This document shows, one piece after another, positions 25,391 through 39,185 of a stretch of 64,000 nucleotides of DNA. The position numbers and the translations under genes were made by a program. Numbering within the stretch: the stretch's first letter is position 1; the number at the start of each line of letters is the position of its first letter. This DNA is from Octopus vulgaris (Eukaryota). The stretch covers positions 101,432,001 to 101,496,000 of the forward strand of contig OX597822.1 of NCBI GenBank assembly GCA_951406725.2. The letters run 5' to 3'. The notes beneath the pieces were generated by a model. That model was not told where the DNA came from, searched no databases, and saw only the letters and a program-made list of their open reading frames with translations.

Positions 25391-25635
25391 GTTTACTGAT
25401 TACTATATTTTTACTGTTTTGACATATACATATCTAATTAAAATTTTAGCACATTAAATTAGCCTCATTTTTGATATTTTCAGTGTCATTAATCATGACA
25501 CTACATCTATCATAACTATATTTTTATCGTAACTTTTAATTGTTTTGATAAGAATGAGTATCCTACGTGTTTTCTTTTTTGATAACGGTATACCTACTTT
25601 TGCACACCCTGTATATGTATATGTATATGTATATG

Positions 25636-25773
<138 letters not shown>

Positions 25774-25790
25774 TATATATGTGTGTGTGT

Positions 25791-26076
25791 GTGGAGGGCA
25801 GCGGACTCGCTCTCGGAGGATCGCGGTTTCGATTCCCAGACCGGGTGTTGTGTGTGTTTATTGAGCGAAAATAGCTAAAAGCTCAACGAAGCTCTGGCAG
25901 GGTGGGGAGTGATTCCTGTTGTACTCTTTCGTCACAACTTTCTCTCACTCTTTCTTCCTGTTTCTTGAGTAACGCTGCGATGTACTGGCGACCCGTCCAG
26001 CTGGGGGGAACACATACGCCACAGAAACCGGATACCGGGCCCATGAGCCTGGCTAGGCCAGAAAAGGGGGACGTTT
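25791..26076 (+). mobile_element. tRNA-derived SINE, head A + tail Y
   Basis: GGTTTCGATTCCCAGACCGGG...CCTGTTTCTTGAGTAACGCTGCGATG...CATGAGCCTGGCTAGG. Confidence 0.8.
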
Positions 26077-26171
26077 ATCGTATATATATATTTCTGACTC
26101 TAGTTTTCAAATCACTTTAATTTGATTTTTTTTTTGTCACGCGTATTTTAATACCCATGATTTAATGATTT

Positions 26172-26770
26172 TAAGGCGGTGAGCAAGCAGAATCGGTCGC
26201 GGCTTCGACAAAATGCTCGTCAGTATTTCTTTCGACTCTCTGCGGTTTGGGTTCTATTTCCACCAAGGTCCATTTTGTCTTTTCATCATTCTGGGGTCGA
26301 GAAAATAAGTACCAAATACTGTAGCCGATGTAATCGACAAACCCCTCCCCTACAATTCATGTTCTTTTGCCAAAATTTGAAACTGTTAGGCAGAATCGTT
26401 AGCGCATCGCACAAAGTGTTTTGCGGCATTTCTCTCAGTTTTACTCTCTGTGTTCAAATTTCTCTGAGGTGTACTTGATTTTTCAGCATTTCCGGAACAG
26501 TAAAATAAAGAATCGAATAAAAACTAGGATCAACGTAATTGACTAACCCCTGCCTCTAAAACCGCTGACCTTATGCCAAAATTTGAATGAAGCTAGCAGA
26601 ATCGTTAGCACGTCGGGACAAAATTCCGAGTGGAATTTCTTGTGGCTTTTTGTGTTGTGAGTTTGAATTCTATCGAAGTGGGCTTTCATTCTTTCGTGGT
26701 CGATAAAATACATATCAGGCGTACACCTTCCCCTAAAATTGATGGCGTTGTACCAAAATTTGAAACACTC
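26172..26770 (+). mobile_element. Tandem cluster of three degenerate family N SINEs
   Basis: Repeated GCAGAATCGTTAGC...TTTCA...AAAATA...CCAAAATTTGAA units of about 200 bp. Confidence 0.7.
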
Positions 26771-27446
26771 CTTCAATGATCTTTCATTTAATTTTTTATT
26801 GTTAATAAAAGGCAACAAATTTATTCACTCCGATGCTAATATTGCAATTATTTTCTCATTGAACAGAATTAAAATATAATGACTTAAAACTACTTAGTTT
26901 TTTTTTTCTGTAGTAACCTGTATTATTAATATAATTTACTGTATTTTGGCTTGTCGCCATTCACACAAAGCGGTGAAACCATTTTCTTTTTCAATCATTT
27001 GGAAGTGAATAATGAAGCAAAATATTTCATTATTCAGTCCTTTCGTTTTTCATCTATACGCACGTCCATTGTTCTTAGTGTTGCAACAGAAGAATCAAAT
27101 TTACATATTTTAACTGGTAGTTTAAATGCGGAGAAAAACGAAGCCTATTTCAATGGCTTTCAGCATGTGGCAACTAAGCGAACAGAATAAATAAATAAAT
27201 AAATAAATAAAAAGTAAAAACAAAAACAAATTTCTTTTTTTTATCGTTAATCAAAGTTGGCGCATTTCTTACTCTGCGAAGTTAATATTTTGAGACATTT
27301 ATTCTGTAATCGAGCATCAGATTCATGGCTGTCTGATAATCAGTTTAGTGCTAGTTTGTGAAGTTTTTGAGCTTCAATAAAACATTAATTCTACCTTCGA
27401 ATTCAAGTACTATGTTCACCACATTCTTTTTCTTCCGTGTGCTTGT

Positions 27447-27467
27447 ATATCTATCTATCTATCTATG

Positions 27468-27524
<57 letters not shown>

Positions 27525-27565
27525 GTGTTTCTGTCTGTGTGTCTGTCTGTGTGTCCCTCTGTCTG

Positions 27566-27648
<83 letters not shown>

Positions 27649-27705
27649 GTCTGTCTATCTATCTGTGTGTCTGTCTGTGTGTCTGTCTGTGTGTCCCTCT
27701 GTCTG

Positions 27706-27747
<42 letters not shown>

Positions 27748-27751
27748 ATTC

Positions 27752-27815
<64 letters not shown>
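27447..27815. repeat. (TATC)n/(TGTC)n/(TC)n/(TA)n compound microsatellite with an internal duplication
   Basis: The block TGTGTGTCCCTCTGTCTGTC occurs twice. Confidence 0.95.
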
Positions 27816-27819
<4 letters not shown>

Positions 27820-28100
27820 TATATATTATTCAAAGAAATTCCAACTCTGTTTTTTATGTTTTATTTATATTCTTTATAATATTAATGTAGAATATAGAAT
27901 ATATAGTATAAATAGTATATATAGTATAAAAAGTATATATAGTAGTAGTATAATGGAATGAAGTATTGATTGTCTTATTGAATTGATGAAATTTTGAATA
28001 TCAAATATTAAGGGACTAGTATACTTTCTTGCATTAAAGCAGTCTTCAAGGTCCCAGGTTGTGACAGGAGTGCTTCAACTGTATATATACATATATACAT

Positions 28101-28160
<60 letters not shown>

Positions 28161-28622
28161 ATTATATAGATATAGATAGAATGGGAGACATTAGTATTTT
28201 TATAATATAAGAGTGTATAAAAATCTAGACACGGAGAGAAGAATACCATATGGACTTCTTACATGCTAAAAAAGACAGCCAAACTCTAAGCCGCGAAAAA
28301 ATTATAACGAATAAAAGTCTCAGTTAACCCTATACCATTAATGAGCAAATAAACCAATTAATTAGCCAATCAATTAATTAACCATCTGTGGCTCGTCAGC
28401 CAAGTGAGTGGTTTAACTAAGATTTTTATTTATTTAAGTGTCCTGCTCGCTTACAAGCAATGTGCTATTAATAAGAATGTTTTTCATGGTTTAGGATTTG
28501 ACTGTCCTTTTTAGCATCTAACTACACATGGTGGTCTTCTCTCAGGTGTATACATTTTTGTACACTCATATATATGTGTGTGTGTATTTACACACACATA
28601 TATCATATATATATATATTATA

Positions 28623-28638
<16 letters not shown>

Positions 28639-28656
<18 letters not shown>

Positions 28657-30368
28657 TTCCTAGTTTCAGCTCAGAGCTGCGGCCATGCTGATGCACCGCC
28701 GTCTTGTGCTACACTGTTATTACGACGAACCTCGTCTAATATGTGGCACTTGGTGAAGAATGGAGTTTGATATAGCTACTCTCATTTGCACCTCCTGCCG
28801 TGAGGTAGGTTCTTCTGGGACTCTTGACAGGAAGATGTCCAGCTTTGATTTAAAAACCGCTACATCTACTTTGTGCAAGTTCCTCAGACTCTTTGGGAGA
28901 ATATTAAAAAGCTGTGGGCCCTTGAAACCCAGGCTGTTGCAGAAGCTGGTCCTTAAGCCTGATGGCATTGCTGGGATCTTTGGCACTATGCAGTGTCGTC
29001 CCGTTCTAGCATTGGTGTAGCTTACAATGCCAAAATTTGGCACAATTCCTTCCAGGATCTTCCAGACATATATTACTGCATACCTCTCCCTTCTTCTCTC
29101 CAGGGAGTAGAGTCTTAGCTGTTTCAACCTTTCCCAGTAGCTGAGCTGTTGCAAAGAGATGATCTTCTTTGTGAATCTTCTCTGGATTGCTTCAAGGTCC
29201 GCTGTTAATTTTACACTGGTGGGTGACCATAGCTGTGAGCAGTAATCCAGGCGACTGAGGACGAATGTCCGCCAGAGTACCAACATGGTTTCCTTATCCC
29301 TGGTTCTGAATGTTCTTAGGATCCACCCGGCCAGTCGTCTGCACTTTGTCGCCATCCTGGTAATGTGCACTTGGAAAGAGGTATCATCACTCATGTCGAT
29401 ACCCAGGTCTCTCACAGACTTAGGCTCTGGGATTGAAATTCCCTGTGGACCGGTGTATCCTGTAAGTTTAATATTCAGTTTTGGATGCTGGTAGCGCAGC
29501 GCCTGGAATTTTTCAGCATTAAACTGCATATTATTATCCTCAGCCCATCTGTAGATTGAGTCCAACTCCTGCTGCAGGTGTGCAACATCGCTGGGGTTCT
29601 GTATTTTCTGCGAGACTTTCGTATCGTCTGCATAGCTGGCCAGAGTGGCTATCCGGGCACTTGAGGGCATATCTAAGAGGGCCACTATAAAAAGCAGTGG
29701 TCTCAAGACAGTGCCCTGTGGAACACCGCTCACTATTTGTGTGTTCATAGAGGTGGCTCCATTAACCACTACTGCCTGACTCCTATCTTTCAGGAAGTCA
29801 TGCAACCACACTCCAAGTTTTCCAGCTATGCCGAGGTCACGTAGTTTGTGGCATATCATACCATGATCCACCTTGTCAAAAGCTTTTGCAAAATCAAGGT
29901 AGATTACGTTCACATTTGATTTGTTGAGTAACTGCCTCAACACCCAGTCATAATGCTGTAAGAGCTGGGTCAGGCAGCTCCTACCTGGTCGGAAACCATG
30001 CTGGGTATTACTCAGCAAGTTATTTTCCTCAAGGAATGCGATTAGTTTCTTTCTGACTATCCGTTCCATGACTTTGCTGATGTGTGAAGTCAGAGAGATA
30101 GGCCTATAGTTTTTTGCATCTGCTCTACTTCCCCCTTTATGTATTGGGCATATTATTCCCTCCTTCAGCTTGCTTGGCAGTTTGCCATTCGCAAGAAAGC
30201 TCTGGAAGAGAATCTTGAGGGGTTTTGCCAGGGTATGCTTACACGCTTTGAGGAGGATGGCTGGGAAACCGTCTGGACCAGCAGCTGAGTTTGTGTGCAC
30301 TTCATCTATGGCTAGTAGGACATCTTTTTCGCTAATGTCAATACATTCTATTGTAACCGCCTCGCTGG
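28639..30368 (-). mobile_element. CR1-clade LINE, 5'-truncated, with poly(A) tail
   Basis: T-run at 28639-28659, a short 3' UTR and an open RT ORF. Confidence 0.92.
28720..30300 (-). CDS. CR1-type reverse transcriptase (ORF2 3' part, open for 526 aa)
   Basis: AGPDG, NYRPISLTS, QHGFRPGRSC, YLDFAKAFDKV, SGVPQGTVL, YADDTK, RDLGI, SLERRR. Confidence 0.92.
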   Translation of the reverse strand: MHTNSAAGPDGFPAILLKACKHTLAKPLKILFQSFLANGKLPSKLKEGIICPIHKGGSRADAKNYRPISLTSHISKVMERIVRKKLIAFLEENNLLSNTQHGFRPGRSCLTQLLQHYDWVLRQLLNKSNVNVIYLDFAKAFDKVDHGMICHKLRDLGIAGKLGVWLHDFLKDRSQAVVVNGATSMNTQIVSGVPQGTVLRPLLFIVALLDMPSSARIATLASYADDTKVSQKIQNPSDVAHLQQELDSIYRWAEDNNMQFNAEKFQALRYQHPKLNIKLTGYTGPQGISIPEPKSVRDLGIDMSDDTSFQVHITRMATKCRRLAGWILRTFRTRDKETMLVLWRTFVLSRLDYCSQLWSPTSVKLTADLEAIQRRFTKKIISLQQLSYWERLKQLRLYSLERRRERYAVIYVWKILEGIVPNFGIVSYTNARTGRHCIVPKIPAMPSGLRTSFCNSLGFKGPQLFNILPKSLRNLHKVDVAVFKSKLDIFLSRVPEEPTSRQEVQMRVAISNSILHQVPHIRRGSS

Positions 30369-30463
30369 TTATAGGTGGTTATATAATTTATTTAAAGCAG
30401 CAAAAAATTCAACAAAACCTGTTACTCTGAGTTTCCCGTTGCCGTTCATCATGTGTTCACTCC

Positions 30464-30501
<38 letters not shown>

Positions 30502-30520
30502 TAGATAGATATATAGATAT

Positions 30521-30766
30521 GTTGTGGCGCATGGCTTAGTAGTGTTAGGGTGTCAGCATCATCGATCGTAAGATTGTGGTTTTGATTCCTAGACGCGTTG
30601 TGTTCTATAGCAAAAAACTTCATTTCAGGTTATCCAGTCCATTCAGCTGTCAAAAATGAGTAACGCTGCGATGGCCTGGCGTCCCGTCCTGCAGGGGAAC
30701 ACATACGCCATTGAAACCGGGAAACCGGACACATGAGCCTGGCTAGGCTTTAAAAGAGCGCATTTA
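30521..30766 (+). mobile_element. tRNA-derived SINE, head B + tail Y
   Basis: TGGCTTAGTAG...CCAGTCCATTCAGCTGTCAAAAATGAGT|AACGCTGCGATGGCCTGGCGTCCCGTCC. Confidence 0.8.
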
Positions 30767-30816
<50 letters not shown>

Positions 30817-31476
30817 GTGTGTAAAGGACATACCATCTCTATGCACAGGGCAATGAAAAACAATATATGTTGCCCGTCATGAAGATGACCAACAAGTTAA
30901 ATACAAACATACCTTCTGCATATGCTCTACCTGAAATTCGTCCTTTTCTGCTCCTGTATTTTAGCTTTGACTCTGGTGAAACATCGTAAACTAAATCAAG
31001 TAGATAATATTTCATAAAGATGGCTAAATATCTGATTTGTAGAACCGAATCTTATGTAGTAAACCTGCATGAACACACGCACGCACGCGCGCACACACAC
31101 ACACACAGTAGGGCCAAAAATATGTAATCTAGTGTACATGTAAATGTATCGATTCCCTCGCCGAAATAATGTCATTATGGTGCTATATTTCGATAGTTAA
31201 CTCGACATATATAGTAACCATATCATCGCTAATAACATGGAAAGCGCGAAGCAAGATTTAAAACTGCTCGGTATCCTCGACTCACTGAAGAGATTCAATT
31301 AGCAATCGAAACACAGCGCTATGTTTCACGTAACTCGATAGTCTTTCATTATTACTATTCGTATTTTTTACTGAAAATAGTGTGTATATGTTTTCGTGAT
31401 TATAACATTTCATTGCTTTAGTTCGACTGGAGTGTACAAGTGTTTGCATTAAGAGACATATCATTGTTGTATAATA

Positions 31477-31876
31477 CTCTTTTACTGGTTGCAGTCATTT
31501 GACTGTGGCCATGCTGGAGCACCGCCTTTGGTCGAGCAAATCGGTCCCAGGACTTATTCTTTGTAAGCCTAGTACTTATTCTATCGGTCTCTTTTGCCGA
31601 ACCGCTAATATACGGGGACGCAAACACACCACCATCGGTTGTCAAGCGTTGTTGGGAGACAGATACACACACACAAACATACACACACACAAACATACAC
31701 ACACACATATATATATATATGACGGGCTTCTTTCAGTTTCCGTCTACCAAATCCACTCACAAGGCTTTGGTCGGCCCGAGGCTATAGTAGAAGACACTTG
31801 CCCAAGGTGCCACGCAGTTGGACTGAACCTGGAACCATGCGGTTGGTAAGCAAGCTACTTACCACACAGCCACTCT
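31477..31876 (-). mobile_element. SINE family C
   Basis: Full copy. Confidence 0.88.
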
Positions 31877-31958
31877 AACAACAACAACAACAACAACAAC
31901 AACTACAATAATAATAATAATAATAATAATATTCGTGGATAACAATAATATTCGCGAG

Positions 31959-32002
<44 letters not shown>

Positions 32003-32003
<1 letters not shown>

Positions 32004-32645
32004 TAGGTGGTGAGCTGGTAGAATCGTTGGCACCCTTAACTCTTTTTATGTTCTCAGTTCGAATTCCTCCGAGGCCAACTTTGTCTTTCATACTTTAGTG
32101 GTGGTGGTGGTGGGGGGGCCATAAAAACATGTACCAGACAAGTAAGGGAATAGATGTAATCAACTAGACCCATCAAAAATCTGTTAGCCCTGTACTAAAA
32201 TTTCGAACCATTATTATCTGGGTGGTGGATTCCCAGAAACATTAAAGTGTCAGACAAATTACTTTGCAATATTTATTTCGGCTCTTTACACTCTGAATTG
32301 AAACACACCCAAAATCAGCTTTGCATTATTTCGCATTGATAAAATAAAGTACTATTCTATTTCTAAGATATTGGTCTCGACTAAACCAGCCACCTCAAAT
32401 TTATTCTCCTTGAGACTAAATCAGAAATCATTTGGGCGACAGTCTGCAAGAATCCTTAGAGCCTTGACAAAATGCTTCGTGGCATTTGTTCCAGCCTTTT
32501 ATATCTTGAGCTCAAATATCGCCAAGATCAACTATGCCTTTGGTCCTTTAGGGGTTGATAAAATAAGTCCAAGTCAAGTATTGGAATCGACTCACCTCTC
32601 CCCAAAATTGCAGGCCTTGTACCTTTAATAGAAAGAATTATTATT
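32003..32645 (+). mobile_element. Tandem cluster of degenerate family N SINEs after an (ATT)n tract
   Basis: GGTGGTGAGCTGGTAGAATCGTT head; repeated core remnants; GGCCTTGTACC tail. Confidence 0.6.
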
Positions 32646-32942
32646 AGTACTGATGTTGTTATTGTAATTAGTAATAGCAATTATGATGTGTAAATGCAAC
32701 AACCTTTATTTGTGCACATTGATATATCTTTAACAGTTATTAAGCATAAGTGCTATAACTTTTAATTAAGTCTATTTCGTAACACATATACTGCAGCAGG
32801 ATAATTAACGTTGCGTGTGATATATAAGTTGTATTGCATACACGATAGACTCCTGGGGCGTGTTTATTCCTTTGTATACACACACACACACACACAAACA
32901 CACACGCACAGACACAGACACAGACACACACAGACACACACA

Positions 32943-32995
<53 letters not shown>

Positions 32996-33735
32996 GTACT
33001 TCATGACAGGTTCTAGAGTGAACAAGTTCAGATTGTCTCAGGAGGAAATTGCACTATGTGAAATCGTTAAATTGGTAAATTTATTTGTTACTAACAAAGA
33101 ATTTGTTCAATACTATAATTGAACTACATCTCAGCATATCTGATTTCCTCTCATATTAATCAATACCTACAGTAGCAACAACAAGCTCCATAGATAGGTG
33201 GCTAAATGTTACTCGCGAATCGAGACTACCTTTATTGTCTCTCGACATATGTTTCCTCGTATATTCTGCCAGCTTCGTTTATATATTTTTCTTGAAAAAT
33301 ATTGACAGCACAGTAAGTAATTTTAAGGCTTACTTTGCAAGAAAGAACATTTGTAGCAAGTCAAAAGAAACCCAATATTTTTAGAACAGCTAGGTTCTAA
33401 CAGCTAGGTTCTAAAAACAGCTAGGTTCAGGAACCAATTGGTCCAGGAAACTAGATGGTAAAAGTTTTTATTTTTCATTTCGTTCCTTTCAGAATTCTAT
33501 CCCTAATTTTGTGGTTTTAGAACCTAGCTGTTCTTTCTAGCGTGATGAATCGCATGAGTGGATTCTTCTTACATGTATAAATGTACACTGTATTTTATGA
33601 GTAATACATAGTCTTTGGACTAAATTTTTACACGCTAGGCTACTGGAAGTGAACATTTCTATTAATTTCAATTTCCCTTCGATATGATTAAGTATATAGA
33701 TAGATAGATAGATAGATATATACACGTGTATATAC

Positions 33736-33777
<42 letters not shown>

Positions 33778-33834
33778 ACTGACTTCATGTTACTACCAAC
33801 CCATAAAACTCCATTATACGAGCATATATAGCAG

Positions 33835-33872
<38 letters not shown>

Positions 33873-34667
33873 TTGTGTGTGTATGGGAGGACGTGTGTGT
33901 GTATAAGAGCTTGTATAATGAAGTTTTATGAGTTGTTGGTTACCTGTAGTCAGTATCACAGGATTCCAGCTTCAGCTGCCCTTTAGAAACACTACTAATT
34001 ACAAATAGATTATTTAAACATGTAATTCTTCGTTACATGCATACGCCAACGTAGATTATAAAGAGCAAAGAAATAAGAAGCTGTGACGTTAATACCTTCA
34101 GAAATAATACAAAAGGCATACGTTTAAACCTTGATTACCATCACGAGCATTTTAAGTAACTCACAGATACTTCCATCATTAACGCTCTCTCTAATCTAAG
34201 ATATGTAAAAACGCTGGTTTAGGGAATAAGATAACGACAGATCATCAGAAACTTCACTTGCAAACGTCTTTGAAATATGACAATTAAGGAACTGAGAAAC
34301 ACCTATTACTCTCTGTTAATGCATTTAGTTAAAAGATAAAACATCTCATTGGTCTTTCAACTGTGATGTAAAGATCTACGTTTGAAAGTCTACAGAGACT
34401 CCACAACGCTGATTTGCATGCCAACTATATGTTTCTATATACACGTACATACATATATACATACATACACACAGGCATACACACGTATATAAAAACACTC
34501 GCACAATCACATACATACATGCATGCATACACCTATGTATGTATACATACATATCCCTATGTATTTATATGTATATATATGATATATATATATTGCATAT
34601 ATATTATATATACATATGTGTCGTGTGTGTGTGTGAATGTATATATGCTCATACATACATAAAAAAA

Positions 34668-34990
34668 AAGACTCCGCCGGTTACGACGACGAGGGTCCCA
34701 GCTGATACGATCAACGGAACAGCTTGCTCGTGAAATTAACGTGCAAATGGCTGAGCATTCCACAGACACGTGTACCCTTAACGTAGTTCTCGGGGATAAT
34801 CAGCGTGACACAGAGAGTGACAAGGCTGACCCTTTGAAATACAAGTACAACTCATTTTTGCCAGCTGAGTGGACTGGAGCAACGTGAAATAAAGTGTCTT
34901 GCTCAAGGACACAACGCGTCGCCGGGAATCGAACTCACAACCTTACGATCATGAGCCGAATGCCCTAACCACTAAGCCACGCGCCCTCAC
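34668..34990 (-). mobile_element. tRNA-derived SINE, head B + tail X
   Basis: Appears identical to 9911-10233. TSD TACATACATA; oligo-T at the 3' end. Confidence 0.92.
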
Positions 34991-36160
34991 TACATACATA
35001 AACACACATACAGACACACTTACACACACATAATATCTACATCTATATCTATATCTATATCTATCTATTTATCTATCTATCTATATATTTATCTATTTAT
35101 ATATCTATCTATATATATGTATGCATCGGTGAGTGTACCGCAAAGAACTCTTCCATGCCGCTGCAGTTTACCTGTAAGCACCTATTGTGCTGAGGTGTAA
35201 TTCACTACAATAAAGAAATGAGGTTATTAAATTGGAGAATGTTTTGTTAGCTAGCAAGTTTAAACTCAGACAGTTGCGAGGGAAATACCGTTATAGCATA
35301 AAATATCTTCGTTGTACATTCATCCTAACCCGCTAAACATCGGAATATAAAAAAAACAATGAACACAATTTAAAATAACACTTCTCTTATGTATTTACCG
35401 AAAACACAATACATTTGTCACTAAGCTGTAGCTTGAGGGACTAAAAAAAAACATTCTTACACTATTGAAATGAAGTTGAATATAGAATAGCATTGTTTTA
35501 GCTTGAATCACTGTATTTTCAACTAACAACAAATTAATTTAAGACGATTCTGTATAGCAATATCACTTGAGGTGAAAACGTTTGCAAACTTTCATCTTAG
35601 CTAATCACATGTAACCAATTATTTGTTTTTCATTAATATATTCTTCAAATACGATAAAACGTTTCATCAGTTACCCTAATTATTCTTCGCTATCCCTATT
35701 TTAAATTTAAATTTAATGTAGAGGAAAATAAGTTCGTAACAAACTTAAATTGAAACTACAAACTTTATTGGAAGAAAAAGCATAAATGTTACTACATTTC
35801 GTTTATATTTCACTTTAGTCTTCAGGTATGGTTACGTTAGAAATTTAAAATGCTTCAATTTCAACTTTCACTTACGTTCACAGTTCTTGTGCCATCCTCA
35901 GCTCGTTTGCAACAAAAGGAAATATTTTATTTGCTGCGAAGAAAGCGAAAATGAACTTACAGAATCATCTAAAGTCTATAAATTCCATTTAAAATGTCCA
36001 CTGATGTAGAAAGCACACAGTAGATTAAAATAAGTATAAATAATAATAAAAAAAAAAGCCAGGTGAAATGTCTAGAATACAAGAGAAAAAGATATAAAGA
36101 CAACGTTCTTTGATTTATTACCAAAACCAAGACTGGTTGACTTCCGTAATCCAACCAACC

Positions 36161-36227
<67 letters not shown>

Positions 36228-36804
36228 ACACACACACACATACACACACATATACACACACATGCACGCGTACACGCACACAGGCAAACTATATTTAATC
36301 TGATCATTAAAATTCTCGTTCGTAACGTTTAATTAGTAACATAAAAAGTATATTTCTAATCAGTTTAGGAAACATTCAGGTTTCAAGTAATTTAGTAAAT
36401 TAAAATTAACTAAAATTGATTGGGTGGAGAATAAATACAATCATTTCGTGTTTGATTTTTGTTTTTTTACCTTTTCGTGTGATAGTCTTTGTAACAGAAT
36501 CTGTCTTCTTTTTATTAGGAAATTATTCCTTATTTGATTATATTCAGCTGTAGTCTACTATATTAAACCCAAAAAAAATTACAGCATTAATTCCATGAAA
36601 TCTTTAAATAATCGGCGCTTAAATGTAATAGCAGTATAAAGAGGGAGAAAGAAACGCTTAAAGTTTTACGTAAATGATGTAAATCTATTTGATTGATAGT
36701 AAATAAAGGAACAAATAATGTTTTTAAATAAAATGTAAGGATAGACATGAGTTAACAAATATAAAGAAAAATGACCAGTGAGCGAGAAAGTGAGAGAGAG
36801 TGAC

Positions 36805-36839
<35 letters not shown>

Positions 36840-36849
36840 GACAGAGACA

Positions 36850-37004
36850 GAGAGAAATGAAGAAGAGATAGCGTGAGAGAAAGGTAGAGAAACAGAAGAG
36901 GTAGTAAGAGAGAAAGGAGAGAGTAATAGGATAGATAGTGAGAGAGAAAGAAGAGTGTGACAGACAAGAGGTAGTGAGAGAAGGGAGAGAGACAGACGGA
37001 GAGA

Positions 37005-37035
<31 letters not shown>

Positions 37036-37583
37036 TAATGAAGAAGAGATAGTGTGAGAGAAAGGTAGAGAAACAGAAGAGGTAGTAAGAGAGAAAGGAG
37101 AGAGTAATAGGATAGATAGTGAGAGAGAAAGAAGAGTGTGACAGACAAGAGGTAGTGAGAGAAGGGAGAGAGACAGACGGAGAGATAATGAGAGAGAGAG
37201 AGAGTAATGAAGAAGAGATAGCGTGAGAGAAAGGTAGAGAAACAGAAGAGGTAGTAAGGGAGAAAGGAGAGAGTAATAGGATAGATAGTGAGAGAGAAAG
37301 AAGAGTGTGACAGACAAGAGGTAGTGAGAGAGGGGAGAGAGACAGACGGAGAGATAATGAGAGAGAGAGAGTAATGAGAGAGAGAGAGACAGACAGACAG
37401 ATGAGAGGTAGTGTGTGTGTATGAAAGAGAGAGAGATGAAAGAGATAGCGTGAGAGAAAGGTAGAGAAACGGAAGAGGTAGTAAGAGAGAAAGGAGAGAG
37501 TAATAGGATAGATAGTGAGAGAGAAAGAAGAGTGTGACAGACAAGCGGTAGTGAGAGAAGGGAGAGACAGACGGAGAGATAAT

Positions 37584-37615
<32 letters not shown>

Positions 37616-37860
37616 GAAGAAGAGATAGCGTGAGAAAAAGGTAGAGAAACAGAAGAGGTAGTAAGAGAGAAAGGAGAGAGTAATAGGATAGATAGTGAGC
37701 GAGAAAGAAGAGTGTGACAGACACGAGGTAGTGAGAGAAGGGAGAGACAGACGGAGAGATAATGAGAGAGAGAGAGAGAGAGTAATGAGAGAGAGAGAGA
37801 CAGAGACAGACAGACAGATGAGAGGTAGTGTGTGTGTATGAAAGAGAGAGAGAGAGAGAA
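36850..37860. repeat. Purine-rich minisatellite, ~170-180-bp unit, about 5 copies
   Basis: Unit GAAGAAGAGATAG(C/T)GTGAGAGAAAGGTAGAGAAACAGAAGAGGTAG... starts near 36858, 37038, 37207, 37436 and 37615. Confidence 0.92.
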
Positions 37861-38264
37861 AGAGAAAGCTAGATGAGGATACTGAGAGAGAGAGAGAGAA
37901 AAGCGTCAGAAAGAGAATTAATGTTAGAAAAAGGAGAGAGATTCAGAAGGAGGGGGGGAGAGAAAGAGGAAAGAAAGAGATAGATGAAGAGATAATGAGA
38001 AAGAAAGAGTGGAGAAAAACAGAAAAAGAGAAAGTGCGATAGAGATAGTAAAAGAGAGATATTGAAAGAGAGAGGTGATATAGAAGAAGAGAAAGTGAGA
38101 GAGAAAGGGGAGAGACTATGTCGGACAAATAGTGAGAAAGAAAGTGAAAAAAGAGAAATGAGGAGAGAGAGTGAAGAAATGGAAAGAATGGTTGAAGTAA
38201 AAGAGATGAATAAGGAGAGAGAGAGAATCCTCTAGGTGACAGAGAAGAATCGAGAAGAGAAACG

Positions 38265-39185
<921 letters not shown>

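Noticed and set aside
36850-37860. CRISPR-like array
   Set aside because: Eukaryotic tandem minisatellite with no unique spacers and no cas genes.
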